A stretch of DNA of 52,706 bases, from the NCBI GenBank assembly GCA_001784805.1, contig MFSE01000006.1, positions 1-52,706 of the forward strand, in the 5' to 3' direction. Below, piece by piece: positions 1-9,652 of this stretch (position 1 is the stretch's first letter; each line of letters begins with the position of its first letter). The notes below the pieces were generated by a model. It had not been told where the DNA came from. It did not search any database and was given only the letters and a program-made list of their open reading frames with translations. A program made the translations under genes and the position numbers. Origin of the DNA: Candidatus Moranbacteria bacterium RIFOXYA12_FULL_35_19. Lineage in GTDB: Bacteria; Patescibacteriota; Minisyncoccia; Moranbacterales; UBA2206.

Positions 1-73
1 ATATCCGAAATTTCCCTTCAGAAACCCTTCGGGATTTCTTCGGAAAACTTCGGATTATCCGCGCACGTTAGAT
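1..73 (+). other. attC-like hairpin (3' part, cut by window edge) ending in GTTAGAT
   Basis: Imperfect inverted repeat atatccgaaattt/aacttcggattat around an inner GAAACCC-TTC-GGGATTTC hairpin, then a GTTRRRY core at 67-73, 20 nt before a single short ORF. Confidence 0.4.
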
Positions 74-92
74 GAAATAATTAAAATTTTTT

Positions 93-389
93 ATGAAAAA
101 ACTAACAATTATTGCATTATCTGTTTCCTTAATATTTTTGTCTGGTTGCGTGAATCAAACAACGCATAAACCAATAGAACCTAAAACAAAGGCATATTAT
201 GATAGTTTTAGAGAAAAATGCGACAAAGACGGTTGTTGTCTGAGCTCAGTCAAAAATGCCGAGAAAGAAAATTCCTTAATATTCGAAAGTAATAATGGTG
301 GCATGAATATTGAAAATGAATGTCCTGATGGATATCAGCTGGATATGAATAAATGCATAACTAGCTATATTTGGTGTATTAAAAAATAA
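93..389 (+). CDS. Small Cys-rich lipoprotein
   Basis: Signal peptide with lipobox LSGC; six further Cys. Confidence 0.75.
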   Translation: MKKLTIIALSVSLIFLSGCVNQTTHKPIEPKTKAYYDSFREKCDKDGCCLSSVKNAEKENSLIFESNNGGMNIENECPDGYQLDMNKCITSYIWCIKK

Positions 390-535
390 TAAATTTTAAT
401 TACAAAGGTATCTGCAAAACTTCGCTTCATCGGGAAACATTCAGTAAAATCGCTCGCTCGCTTCGCTCGCGTTATACACAAATTTGACATATTTTTGCCT
501 CTGTGGCAGTATTATAATATAGAAACAATAAATAT

Positions 536-754
536 ATGCGCAAAATTTATTTAAAAAATGTAGTTTGGAAAGAGGGAAAATATTATGTCGCTCAGTGTTT
601 GAATGTGGACATTTCCAGTTTTGGCAAGACTAAAAAAGAAGCTTTGGCATCCTTAGATGAAGCGTTAGAATTATATTTTGAAGACATCAAGGTTCCGAAA
701 GTGACAAAAATTGAACAGCCGGAACTTATCCAGATGTCAATTTGCCATGCCTAA
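536..754 (+). CDS. hicB: HicB-like antitoxin (short, no DNA-binding domain)
   Basis: EGKYYVAQC..DISSFGKTKKEALASLDEALELY pattern; overlaps downstream hicA. Confidence 0.8.
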   Translation: MRKIYLKNVVWKEGKYYVAQCLNVDISSFGKTKKEALASLDEALELYFEDIKVPKVTKIEQPELIQMSICHA

Positions 755-965
755 ACTATATTCATCATCAAATATTATCAAAGTCCTTCAAAAAAAGGGC
801 TTTGTTTTTATTTCCCAAAAAGGCAGTCATGTGAAGTTGCGAAAAAATAGCAGTCCAACTTTAACGGTAATTGTTCCAGCCGGCAGAAAAGAAATCCCTT
901 TTGGAACTTTTAAATCAATTTTGCGCCAAGCTAATTTAAGCCAGAGTGATTTTGGGCAAAAATAA
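747..965 (+). CDS. hicA: HicA mRNA interferase toxin
   Basis: MPKL..IIKVLQKKGF..QKGSHVKL..VIVP..GTFKSILRQA; start moved to ATG 747. Confidence 0.88.
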   Translation: MPKLYSSSNIIKVLQKKGFVFISQKGSHVKLRKNSSPTLTVIVPAGRKEIPFGTFKSILRQANLSQSDFGQK

Positions 966-1027
966 ATCAAAATTGTTTTACTTTTACATTTAATATATAA
1001 TAAAGATACTTAAAAATTTTAAAAAAT

Positions 1028-1414
1028 ATGTTCAAAGAATTTAAAGAATTTGCCGTTAGAGGAAATGTAATTGATATGGCGGTAGGGATAATTATTGGAG
1101 CGAGCTTTGGAAAAATTGTAAGCTCGTTAGTGTCAGATATAATTATGCCACCCATTGGAGTATTACTTGGAGGAATTGATTTTTCGAGTTTTGTAATCAC
1201 TCTCAAAAAAGCTTCCGCAACAACGGAAGCTATAACCTTAAATTATGGATTATTCATAAACACACTACTTGATTTTCTCATTATAGCCTTTGCAATATTT
1301 ATTGCTGTAAAGCAAATCAATAGGTTGAAAAAGAAAGAAGAAGCAAAACCTGAAAAAACAGCTGAAGAAATATTACTCTTAAGAGAAATTAGAGATCAAT
1401 TAAGTAAAAAATAA
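1028..1414 (+). CDS. mscL: Large-conductance mechanosensitive channel
   Basis: [20 protein letters not shown]...LLREIRD. Confidence 0.97.
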   Translation: MFKEFKEFAVRGNVIDMAVGIIIGASFGKIVSSLVSDIIMPPIGVLLGGIDFSSFVITLKKASATTEAITLNYGLFINTLLDFLIIAFAIFIAVKQINRLKKKEEAKPEKTAEEILLLREIRDQLSKK

Positions 1415-1430
1415 TATCTAACAAAAAATT

Positions 1431-1760
1431 ATGATTCCGATTGAATTTTTGCGACAATTTCGTTTGGGCGATTATGCTATTTTTGATTTTGCGGTATCTT
1501 TTTTAGGAATTTATCTACTCGCTCCCCTACTTTCAAAATTATTTTTGAAACTCAAACTTGATATTCCCAAACAAAATTGGTTATATTTAACTTTGCCGAT
1601 TGGCGTCACCACTCACCTACTTTTTGGAAAAATTACCCCCTTAACGCGAGATTTTATCGATATTCAAGGTCATTATATAGTGAAAATAATTATTTTAGGT
1701 TTGCTATTTCTTGGGTTAAATGATATAAAGATAATAAGAAAAAATAATCAATTAAAATAA
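1431..1760 (+). CDS. Hypothetical membrane protein
   Basis: 109-aa ORF with about three hydrophobic segments, tightly packed after mscL. Confidence 0.7.
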   Translation: MIPIEFLRQFRLGDYAIFDFAVSFLGIYLLAPLLSKLFLKLKLDIPKQNWLYLTLPIGVTTHLLFGKITPLTRDFIDIQGHYIVKIIILGLLFLGLNDIKIIRKNNQLK

Positions 1761-1764
1761 ATTT

Positions 1765-1977
1765 ATGACAAAATCAAAAACTTATGGAGTACTGATAATT
1801 TCTTTTGCAATAATTCTTATCATTCTCACAATCGCCTACACTGTCCTCTTTTCTATTTTCGGTTTGATGTCCGGCGGTTCAATTCTGATGATTGCTCCAC
1901 TAATACTACTTGCTATACTTTTGATCATTGGCTTTTGTTTTCTTTTGCGAATAGGCCTTAGCTATTGGAAAAAATAA
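1765..1977 (+). CDS. Small two-TM hypothetical protein
   Basis: 70 aa, two hydrophobic helices, 4 nt after previous ORF. Confidence 0.6.
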   Translation: MTKSKTYGVLIISFAIILIILTIAYTVLFSIFGLMSGGSILMIAPLILLAILLIIGFCFLLRIGLSYWKK

Positions 1978-1980
1978 TTT

Positions 1981-3627
1981 CTACATTCCACTTACTTCTC
2001 CAATATCTTCCGCTAAAATAATTTTCTCCTTTTTGAAAATCCGTCGAGTGATGGATTTTTTAAAAGTGAAATATTCCTCCAATCCTGTCAAATGAGAAAC
2101 TGCAAGAAAAACCAAAGCGCCTAAAATAGCCGAAACGGAAAGTTGAGAAAAAACTCCCAAGAAAGTATCTAAGTCGATAAATTTTACCACTAAATATTTA
2201 GAAGCCTGAATCACTGCTCCGCTAAACAATGTTGCCAGAACTATTTTTCCAACCGAACTGATTATTTTTTTGTCATCTAAATTTTCATATTTCAATCTTA
2301 AGAGAAAAAGCAAAAGAAGCATTTGCACCAAACTAGAAAGAGAAAAAGCCATGGCCAGACTCAATATTTTATATTTCCCAATTAATAATATTACCGCCAA
2401 AATATTAACTGTTTCCGTAACAAGTGCTACATAGAATGGAGTTTTAGTATTATGCATTGCATAAAACGCCCGCGCCAAAAGCGGAACCAAACATTGCGCA
2501 AACAAACTCAAGGAAAAAATTCCCAAGCATTGAAAAGTAAGCACGGTATCTTCCCAATCGAATTGACCACTTCCTAAAATTACCCGCACAATTTGAGCGC
2601 GTAGTAGCAAAATAAAAGCGCTTAACGGAATTATAAAAAAAAGAATTTGGCGAAAAGTTTCGGAAAAATTAGTTATAAAACCATCTTTGTCTTTTTTAGA
2701 ATGAAGCGCTGAAAGAGTGGGGAAAACTGCAATCGCAAAAGAAACTCCAATGATCCCAAGCGGAACAGATTGTAAATTTTGAGCAAAACTGAAAATCGCC
2801 AATGATCCAGAAGCAAGAAAGGAAGCAAAAATTGTAATCACAAAAAGATTGATTTGATTTACCGCGATACCAAGCGTGCGAGGAATCATTAAACGAAAAA
2901 CCTTGCGCACTTCGATATTGGAAAAATGATTTCTGATTGACCAACTATATCGAAAACCAAGTTGGCGAGAAGATGGATATTGAGTAAGCAAATGCAAAAA
3001 AGCTCCCAGTACTACTCCCCAAGCTAAGCCAATCGGTCCCCAAAATCGCACAAAAAATATGATGCCAAAAATTATTCCTAAATTATAAAATATCGGAGCC
3101 AGAGAATAAATAAAAAATCTTTTGTAGGAAGTCAAAATTCCGCCAAAAATTCCACTGATACCCAAAAATAACGGGCTAAGAAACATTATTCGGGTAAAGA
3201 GCACCACTTTTTCCATTTTCTCCGGAGAAAAACCTGGGGTAATTATTTTCATAAGATACGGCGAGAAAATGCAAAAAATTATTCCGCAAATAATGATAAG
3301 CCCGACTGCCAAATTCATAACTCCATTGACCAGTTTCCAGGCCTCTTTTTCTTTTTCATTACTAATAAGCCCAGTAAAAATTGGAATAAAGGCCGCGCTA
3401 AGTGCGCCTAAAATCAACATATTATAAATCAAATCAGGAATACGAAAAGCTGCGTAATAAATGTCGAGGGTATCGCCGGCACCAAAAGTCGAAGCCAAGA
3501 GACGATCGCGAAAAAGCCCCAAAATTCGGCTCATTAGCCCAGCAATAGTAATCAAAAAAGCTGCACTCATTACAGAAGAAGGCACATGAGAATTTAAAAA
3601 AGTATTCTTTATGATTTTGCTAAACAT
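1981..3627 (-). CDS. murJ: Lipid II flippase MurJ/MviN
   Basis: SRILGLFRDRLLASTFGAG..D.YYAAFRIPD; RAFYAMHNTKTP. Confidence 0.95.
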   Translation of the reverse strand: MFSKIIKNTFLNSHVPSSVMSAAFLITIAGLMSRILGLFRDRLLASTFGAGDTLDIYYAAFRIPDLIYNMLILGALSAAFIPIFTGLISNEKEKEAWKLVNGVMNLAVGLIIICGIIFCIFSPYLMKIITPGFSPEKMEKVVLFTRIMFLSPLFLGISGIFGGILTSYKRFFIYSLAPIFYNLGIIFGIIFFVRFWGPIGLAWGVVLGAFLHLLTQYPSSRQLGFRYSWSIRNHFSNIEVRKVFRLMIPRTLGIAVNQINLFVITIFASFLASGSLAIFSFAQNLQSVPLGIIGVSFAIAVFPTLSALHSKKDKDGFITNFSETFRQILFFIIPLSAFILLLRAQIVRVILGSGQFDWEDTVLTFQCLGIFSLSLFAQCLVPLLARAFYAMHNTKTPFYVALVTETVNILAVILLIGKYKILSLAMAFSLSSLVQMLLLLFLLRLKYENLDDKKIISSVGKIVLATLFSGAVIQASKYLVVKFIDLDTFLGVFSQLSVSAILGALVFLAVSHLTGLEEYFTFKKSITRRIFKKEKIILAEDIGEVSGM

Positions 3628-3628
3628 A

Positions 3629-6061
3629 TTAATTTTTCAAAAAAGATAATCCGATAAATTTATCCGTAATTAAATCTGTTTCCATTCTAACTCCCGCTTG
3701 ATTATCTGACAAATTTTCCGTTTTCAAAAGATTTTTTTCAGGATATTGCCAAGAAATTTTATAGAGTTCGGGATAATTTATTTTTGTAATAAATTCGCTT
3801 CCCTGACTGCCGGATTGTTTTTGAGCTAGCAAAGAATAAGCACCCGTCGATGACGGCATATTTAAATTAATTTTAAACGGCAAAACATAAACATATTTAA
3901 GTGTGACTGTTTCTTTCGGACTCACATAAACCCAATTAGCAAAAACGGTTTTTCCACTATCCTCATAAATTCTCGTTCCGCTTTTTTCGTCAATTTCCAC
4001 AGAATCTTCTTCCATTTGAACTTGTGCATCCCGCTTGAAGCCTAAAGCGTTGTAATCTAGCGGAGAAGAATTGAATTCCCTCGTTTGACCTTCTGCGCTG
4101 ATAAGACGCGCTCCTTTGGGTACATAAACCCGCAAATAATTAGCATTGACCTTATTCCACCATTCATACGGAGAATCTCCACCCGTATGCTTTCTGATTA
4201 TAGTAACAGTATCAACAATCGTTCCATCTTCTTGGATATCAGCTTCGTGAGTTATCTTTTCCTCAATCACTCCATCAGTCTTAAAACCATTTATATTGGT
4301 ATTGATCACACTCAAATAATCATTCGGCGTATCCAAAATTTCTCCCGACCAGCCATTTTCAGACAAAACTTTTTCAATCTCCCAATTTTTTGAATAAATT
4401 AAAATTTGCTTTTGGTTGAGACTTGCCAAAAAAACATTGGCCGTCTTGGAAAAATCAGCAAAGTTTTGAGAATTAAAAACCTTGTCCAAAACTTTTGGCG
4501 CCAAATCGGAAAGAATTTTTTTCGGCTGGTTCAATTCCTTGTCATAATCAATTTCCACTTCGTATTGAATTTTTTCAATAAAATTATGCTCGTCCACTGA
4601 CACACCATATTCCGGCATTTCAATCGGACCAGTAATTTCTAAAAGTTTTTGCATAACCGTTGGAGTCATGGTAATTATTCCATCTACTGTCGGTCCGCCA
4701 GTTTTTTCATAAAAGAAAGAAGCTTTTTCTGCGCTCACTGGAAAATCAGGAAACCAATTGCTGTCATGCAAGCTCCAAGCAGCGCTGATTTTTTGAATAG
4801 GTAGTGGTGGAACAACTTTTTCTCGCAGTTGCCCGTCTGGATTGAAAATTCCATCAATGAAAAAATTTCGCACTCGACCGTTAAAAATATCCAACAGGCC
4901 ATAACTTCCAATGAATCCTCCCGTCGCCCGCATTTCTTGGTTGTTTTGGAATAAAAATAAATATTTTCGCGGACCGTTTCCTCCTAAAATATCTACCAGT
5001 ATTCTTTCTTGATCAAGAAATTTTGCCAAAGCGCTATTTAAGATCGGCAATTGACTTTTAGCCCGCATAAACTCACTACGATTTTCTTTGGGGATATCAT
5101 CCAATTTCACATCCGCTAAAAAATCTTGCGCTTCTTCCAAAAGAACAGAAATTTCTTTCAATTTGGTTGAATTATTTTGAAATAATTCCAAATAGGATAC
5201 CGTTTCTCCACTAGAACTTCCTTGCTTGATATTTTCAATGTTTTTTAGAATTTCAGAAATTAATTTACCAGCTTGAGAAATATTTTCTCCCGCTTTTATA
5301 ATATTACTACCGGAAGAAATTTTCGACAGATATGGAATATATTTGGTAAAATTAGCCAGCGAGCCACCTAAAATTCCCAGATCATCGGAAACTTGGCTCA
5401 ATTTTTCATTCGCCTGTTCAAATTTTATATAAGATTCGTCAAAGTTTCCTTTTTTTATAGCGTCTTTAGCCAAAACTAATTCCGCAATTGCTGATTCTCC
5501 TTTGACCATTCCTCCGTTTTTCAGCTTAATTGCACTGTTGGCACCGATAAAAAAGACGATCAAAAAAGCGCTGGCAAAAGCGAATTTTCCTAACCATAAA
5601 AAATTTCGTCCCACTATCCGACCAATTGGAATTTGAATTTTTGGCAAAGGCGAAATTGATTTTTTCGGCAAAATATTTTCTTCCTCTTCTTTGGAAAAAT
5701 CTCCTTCTCCCCAACTGATAAATTCCACTGAAACATTGCGGACATTCTCCACATCTTGGGCATTAATAGGGATTCTTTTTTTCTTTTTGCGTAAAAATTC
5801 TTTTTCTTCTTTCAGCATTTCAACGAATCTTCTGGCTTCTTCCTCAAAAATACTCGGGCTTCTCAAGTCCTCCATTTTTTTTATTTTTTTTGGCAAACTA
5901 TAATCCGGCAGTTTATCCTTCCCTTCTTCTTTCTTTGAAATCTCCGCCACTCGAATAATTTTTTCTATTTTTTTCAAATCTAAATTACCCACTCTATCAG
6001 TCGGTCGGACATCAAACATCTGCGGGAATATTTGTTTTTTTGAAAATTTATTATCCCCCAT
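3629..6061 (-). CDS. DUF4012-type membrane-anchored protein
   Basis: One TM, then YLFLFQNNQEMRATGGFIGSY and DSNWFPDFPVSA motifs. Confidence 0.8.
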   Translation of the reverse strand: MGDNKFSKKQIFPQMFDVRPTDRVGNLDLKKIEKIIRVAEISKKEEGKDKLPDYSLPKKIKKMEDLRSPSIFEEEARRFVEMLKEEKEFLRKKKKRIPINAQDVENVRNVSVEFISWGEGDFSKEEEENILPKKSISPLPKIQIPIGRIVGRNFLWLGKFAFASAFLIVFFIGANSAIKLKNGGMVKGESAIAELVLAKDAIKKGNFDESYIKFEQANEKLSQVSDDLGILGGSLANFTKYIPYLSKISSGSNIIKAGENISQAGKLISEILKNIENIKQGSSSGETVSYLELFQNNSTKLKEISVLLEEAQDFLADVKLDDIPKENRSEFMRAKSQLPILNSALAKFLDQERILVDILGGNGPRKYLFLFQNNQEMRATGGFIGSYGLLDIFNGRVRNFFIDGIFNPDGQLREKVVPPLPIQKISAAWSLHDSNWFPDFPVSAEKASFFYEKTGGPTVDGIITMTPTVMQKLLEITGPIEMPEYGVSVDEHNFIEKIQYEVEIDYDKELNQPKKILSDLAPKVLDKVFNSQNFADFSKTANVFLASLNQKQILIYSKNWEIEKVLSENGWSGEILDTPNDYLSVINTNINGFKTDGVIEEKITHEADIQEDGTIVDTVTIIRKHTGGDSPYEWWNKVNANYLRVYVPKGARLISAEGQTREFNSSPLDYNALGFKRDAQVQMEEDSVEIDEKSGTRIYEDSGKTVFANWVYVSPKETVTLKYVYVLPFKINLNMPSSTGAYSLLAQKQSGSQGSEFITKINYPELYKISWQYPEKNLLKTENLSDNQAGVRMETDLITDKFIGLSFLKN

Positions 6062-6115
6062 TTACCCTGTTAAATAAGATTTAAGCCTATCTTTTTATAT
6101 GCTCAAATATTAATT

Positions 6116-7240
6116 TTAAATTTTTAAATACAATTTAATCGTCTCTTTGGCCATTTTTTTCCAGCTATAATGAGTTACTCTCTCATAACCTTTTTGAATT
6201 AATGTTTTTTGCAAATTTTCATCATTCAAAACCTTAATGATTGATCCAGCCATATCTGCTGTATTTTTTCCATCAAAATAATAAGTACTATCAGATAAAA
6301 TTTCTTTCATACACTCTTGATCAGAAGAAACAACCGGCACGCCTTTTGACATTGCTTCCAATGGTGGCAAACCAAATCCTTCATAAAGAGTCGGCCAAAC
6401 GAATGCCGAGGAGCTTCGAAAAACTGCGTCCATTTCGTGATCTGATATATAATCAGTAAAAATTATGCCAGCTATTTTCTGCTTTATTGAAAAATTTTTA
6501 AGCCTTCTATAAAAATAATCTTCTTTGCCAACCAAAACTAAATTTAAATTTTTTTCCGCCTTTCTAATTTCCCTAAAAGATAAAATAAGCTTTTCCAGAT
6601 TTTTATGCGGATAAGCGTTTCCCACATAAAGAATATATGGTTTAATTATACCATATCTGGCTAAAATTTCATCATACTTATAGTGTGGGGTAAATAAACA
6701 AAAATCTTCTGCCGATTCATAAGTCACTTTGATTTTTTCCGACTTTATTTTGGGATAAGTTTTCAAAATATCATTTTTTGTGAAATTAGAAACAGCTATT
6801 ATTTTTTGCGCCCGATTGATCGCGGAACTTATTACAATTTTATAAGCAAAAAATTTGAGCCAATAAAAAACAGGAGCCAAAGTTGAACTTTTAGTTGTTG
6901 GAAAATGAACTAGTATTAAATCATGGATAGTTACGATAAATTTTCTTTTATATAAAAGCGGTACATTGAAATGAGGAAAATGTGTCAAATCAAGTTTATA
7001 TTTTTCAAGTAACCGTGGAAATTTTATCTGCTCGGCAAAAGTATACCAGCGATAATCCGCCAGCACCCGCTGAAAATTTTTATTTTTCGGCTGGTAATCT
7101 TCAAAATTTTCTTTTTTAAGAAAAATAAAATACTGATTGGAATTATCAACCTTTTCTAAATTTTCTATTAATTTTTGCGTGTAGCGCCCAAGTCCTTTGC
7201 CAATTGGCCCAAAAAACCGAGCGTCAATCCCAATTCTCAT
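6116..7240 (-). CDS. Glycosyltransferase family 4
   Basis: MRIGIDAR; YEGFGLPPLEAM (EX7E). Confidence 0.93.
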   Translation of the reverse strand: MRIGIDARFFGPIGKGLGRYTQKLIENLEKVDNSNQYFIFLKKENFEDYQPKNKNFQRVLADYRWYTFAEQIKFPRLLEKYKLDLTHFPHFNVPLLYKRKFIVTIHDLILVHFPTTKSSTLAPVFYWLKFFAYKIVISSAINRAQKIIAVSNFTKNDILKTYPKIKSEKIKVTYESAEDFCLFTPHYKYDEILARYGIIKPYILYVGNAYPHKNLEKLILSFREIRKAEKNLNLVLVGKEDYFYRRLKNFSIKQKIAGIIFTDYISDHEMDAVFRSSSAFVWPTLYEGFGLPPLEAMSKGVPVVSSDQECMKEILSDSTYYFDGKNTADMAGSIIKVLNDENLQKTLIQKGYERVTHYSWKKMAKETIKLYLKI

Positions 7241-7341
7241 AATTACGAAATACGAAATTAATACGAAATACGAAAATACGAAAAAACGAAAAATGGAGCC
7301 TTAGTGTTTCGTATTTCGTTAATTTCGTAGTTCGTAAATTT
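7241..7341. repeat. TACGAAA-heptad inverted-repeat element, copy 1
   Basis: (TACGAAA)n arm followed by (TTTCGTA)n arm ending TTCGTAGTTCGTAAA. Confidence 0.85.
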
Positions 7342-7350
7342 ATTATACCA

Positions 7351-8487
7351 TTAAGCTTCCAAAACTTCCAAAGTTTCTTTGGCGGTTTTTTTCCAATCAA
7401 ATTCTCTTGATCTTTCCAGCCCTTTTTTGATTAAATTTTCTTTTAATTCCGGGTTTTCCAGAATTTCTTTCATTGCTAAAAAAATTTCCTCCGGCTTATA
7501 TGGATCGATAAGCACCGCGCCTCCTCCCGCTACTTCCGGCAAAGATGAATTATTCGAAGCGATGACCGGCACTCCGCATTTCATCGCTTCTAAAGGCGGA
7601 AAGCCGAAGCCCTCAAAAAATGATGGGTAAACAAAAAGCGAGGCCAAATTATACAAAAAAACCTTGTCCTCATCCGGCACGGAATTTATCACTTGAATTT
7701 TTTCCCTAAAGGGAGATTTTTCAATTTCATTATATATTTTTTCATTCATCCAGCCTTTTTCTCCAGCGATAACTAGTTTGTATTCTATCCCCTGCGTCTG
7801 CAATAAATTGAAAGCTTTGATCAATCCGGCAATATTTTTTCGCGGTTCGATAGTGCCGAAAAATAAAATAAATTTGTACGGCAGATTGAATTTTTCCTTG
7901 ACTTCAATTAATTTCTTGTCATTTCGACTAATTATACAAAAATTATCCGGCACAGCGCTTGGAATTACGGTTATTTTTTCCGGATTTATTTTATACAAAT
8001 CAATCAAGTCATTTTTAGTCGACTGCGAAACTGCAATAATTTTATCTGCTCTGCGACAAATTTTTTTTGAATTTATAAAAATATGCCACCATTTTCTTTT
8101 TGGAGAAAAATATTCACTATGATGTTCAAAAGAAAGATCATGGATCGTAGAAATTAATTTTGTTTTCTTACTTACATTTCCAAAAATAATATTCGGAGAA
8201 AATACGATATCGGATCCGCCAACCATTCGATCAATCTTGGGCCAGCCCAAATACCAAAACATTAGATTTAACAATTTATTTGGAAAATTAAATTTTTTTA
8301 TTTTTACATTAGAATATTTTTCTAACCATCGAAAATCAGCCTTGATATCTTTCCAAGAATTTAAAAAAAGAACATAATCGTTCTTTTTATCAATCAAAAA
8401 AATATGCGAAAGAAGCTGGCGAGTATATTCTTCCACTCCTGTCATTCTTCCCTCCATAAGACATCTGGCATCAATGCAAATTTTCAT
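7351..8487 (-). CDS. Glycosyltransferase family 4
   Basis: GTIEPRKNI; FEGFGFPPLEAM. Confidence 0.93.
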   Translation of the reverse strand: MKICIDARCLMEGRMTGVEEYTRQLLSHIFLIDKKNDYVLFLNSWKDIKADFRWLEKYSNVKIKKFNFPNKLLNLMFWYLGWPKIDRMVGGSDIVFSPNIIFGNVSKKTKLISTIHDLSFEHHSEYFSPKRKWWHIFINSKKICRRADKIIAVSQSTKNDLIDLYKINPEKITVIPSAVPDNFCIISRNDKKLIEVKEKFNLPYKFILFFGTIEPRKNIAGLIKAFNLLQTQGIEYKLVIAGEKGWMNEKIYNEIEKSPFREKIQVINSVPDEDKVFLYNLASLFVYPSFFEGFGFPPLEAMKCGVPVIASNNSSLPEVAGGGAVLIDPYKPEEIFLAMKEILENPELKENLIKKGLERSREFDWKKTAKETLEVLEA

Positions 8488-9565
8488 ACTCTTTTTGGAT
8501 ATATTCCTTTATTTTAGCCTTAAATATCTCTTTGTCAAATTTTAGCACCCTGCTTCTTATATACTCCGGATCAAAATCAGAATTTTTGAATTTTCTCACT
8601 GCTTGAATTATATCCTCTGGCATTTGACGCTCAAAAAATAAACCAGTTTTCCCTTCTTCCATATGCTCGGAAATATCCCCTCCTCGATACGCAATCAATG
8701 GAGTACCGGAGGCCATCGCCTCAATTGCCATAATGCCAAAATCTTCTTCTTGCGGAAAAATAAAAGCCTGGCAACGAGAAAAATATTTTCGTAATTTTTC
8801 ATCACTCACCCTTCCAAGAAATTCAATATTCGGCCCAGCTATTTTCTGCAATCTTTTCATTTCCGGTCCTCGACCAATAACCTTTAGAGGTAATTTCAAT
8901 TCATTAAAAGCTTTGATTACAATATCAAACCGCTTGTAGGCCATTAGACGCCCCGCAATCAAAAAATGATTATCCTTTTCTCGGCTGATTTCAAAATCAC
9001 CAACTTTTACTGGCGGATGAATAACTAAACTTTCTCTTTTATAATATTTTTTTATCCGACGCGCGATAAAATTGGAATTGGCGATTATTTTATCCGGCCG
9101 ATCCGCGCTTGCTCGATCCCACATCCGGATATAATTCATAAAAAACGGCACAAGTTTTTTGATGAAGCTTGGAAAATAAAAATCCTGATTATATTTTTGA
9201 CAATCATCCCAAGCAAAACGCATCGGGGTATGCATATAACAGATGTGCAGAGTTTTGGGTCCTGTAATTATGCCTTTGGCAAAGCTGGAAGAATCAGAAA
9301 GAACCAAATCGTAATCAGAAAAATCAAATTGTTCAATGGCAAAAGGCATAAATTGGGGGAAAATTCGATGTCGACCAGCCGCAAAAGGAAGTTTTTGCAA
9401 AAAAGAAGTTCGGATTTTTTTATCAGAAAAACTGCCATGCATCAATTTTTTGCTATAGATAAGAGTATAAATCGGAGCATAAGGAAAAAGTTCGGAGAAA
9501 GCTTCCAAAACTTTTTCCGCTCCCCCATTTTGCACAAGATAGTCGTGGACAAGAGCAATACGCAT
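8471..9565 (-). CDS. Glycosyltransferase family 4
   Basis: MRIALVHDYL..GGAEKV; EEDFGIMAIEAMASG; ATG at 9565 preferred. Confidence 0.93.
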   Translation of the reverse strand: MRIALVHDYLVQNGGAEKVLEAFSELFPYAPIYTLIYSKKLMHGSFSDKKIRTSFLQKLPFAAGRHRIFPQFMPFAIEQFDFSDYDLVLSDSSSFAKGIITGPKTLHICYMHTPMRFAWDDCQKYNQDFYFPSFIKKLVPFFMNYIRMWDRASADRPDKIIANSNFIARRIKKYYKRESLVIHPPVKVGDFEISREKDNHFLIAGRLMAYKRFDIVIKAFNELKLPLKVIGRGPEMKRLQKIAGPNIEFLGRVSDEKLRKYFSRCQAFIFPQEEDFGIMAIEAMASGTPLIAYRGGDISEHMEEGKTGLFFERQMPEDIIQAVRKFKNSDFDPEYIRSRVLKFDKEIFKAKIKEYIQKEYENLH

Positions 9566-9569
9566 AAGC

Positions 9570-9652
9570 AATTACGAAATTAACGAAATACGAAACATTC
9601 AAATTCCCTTTTCGTACTTTCGTATTTCGTATTTATTTCGTAGTTCGTAAAA
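9570..9652. repeat. TACGAAA-heptad inverted-repeat element, copy 2
   Basis: Same arms and same TTCGTAGTTCGTAAA end as copy 1. Confidence 0.85.

Noticed and set aside
484-518. TTGACA/TATAAT promoter for hicBA
   Set aside because: The spacer is 23 nt, too long for a sigma70 promoter.
711-746. Longer hicA start
   Set aside because: TTG start inside hicB; the family-like sequence begins at ATG 747.
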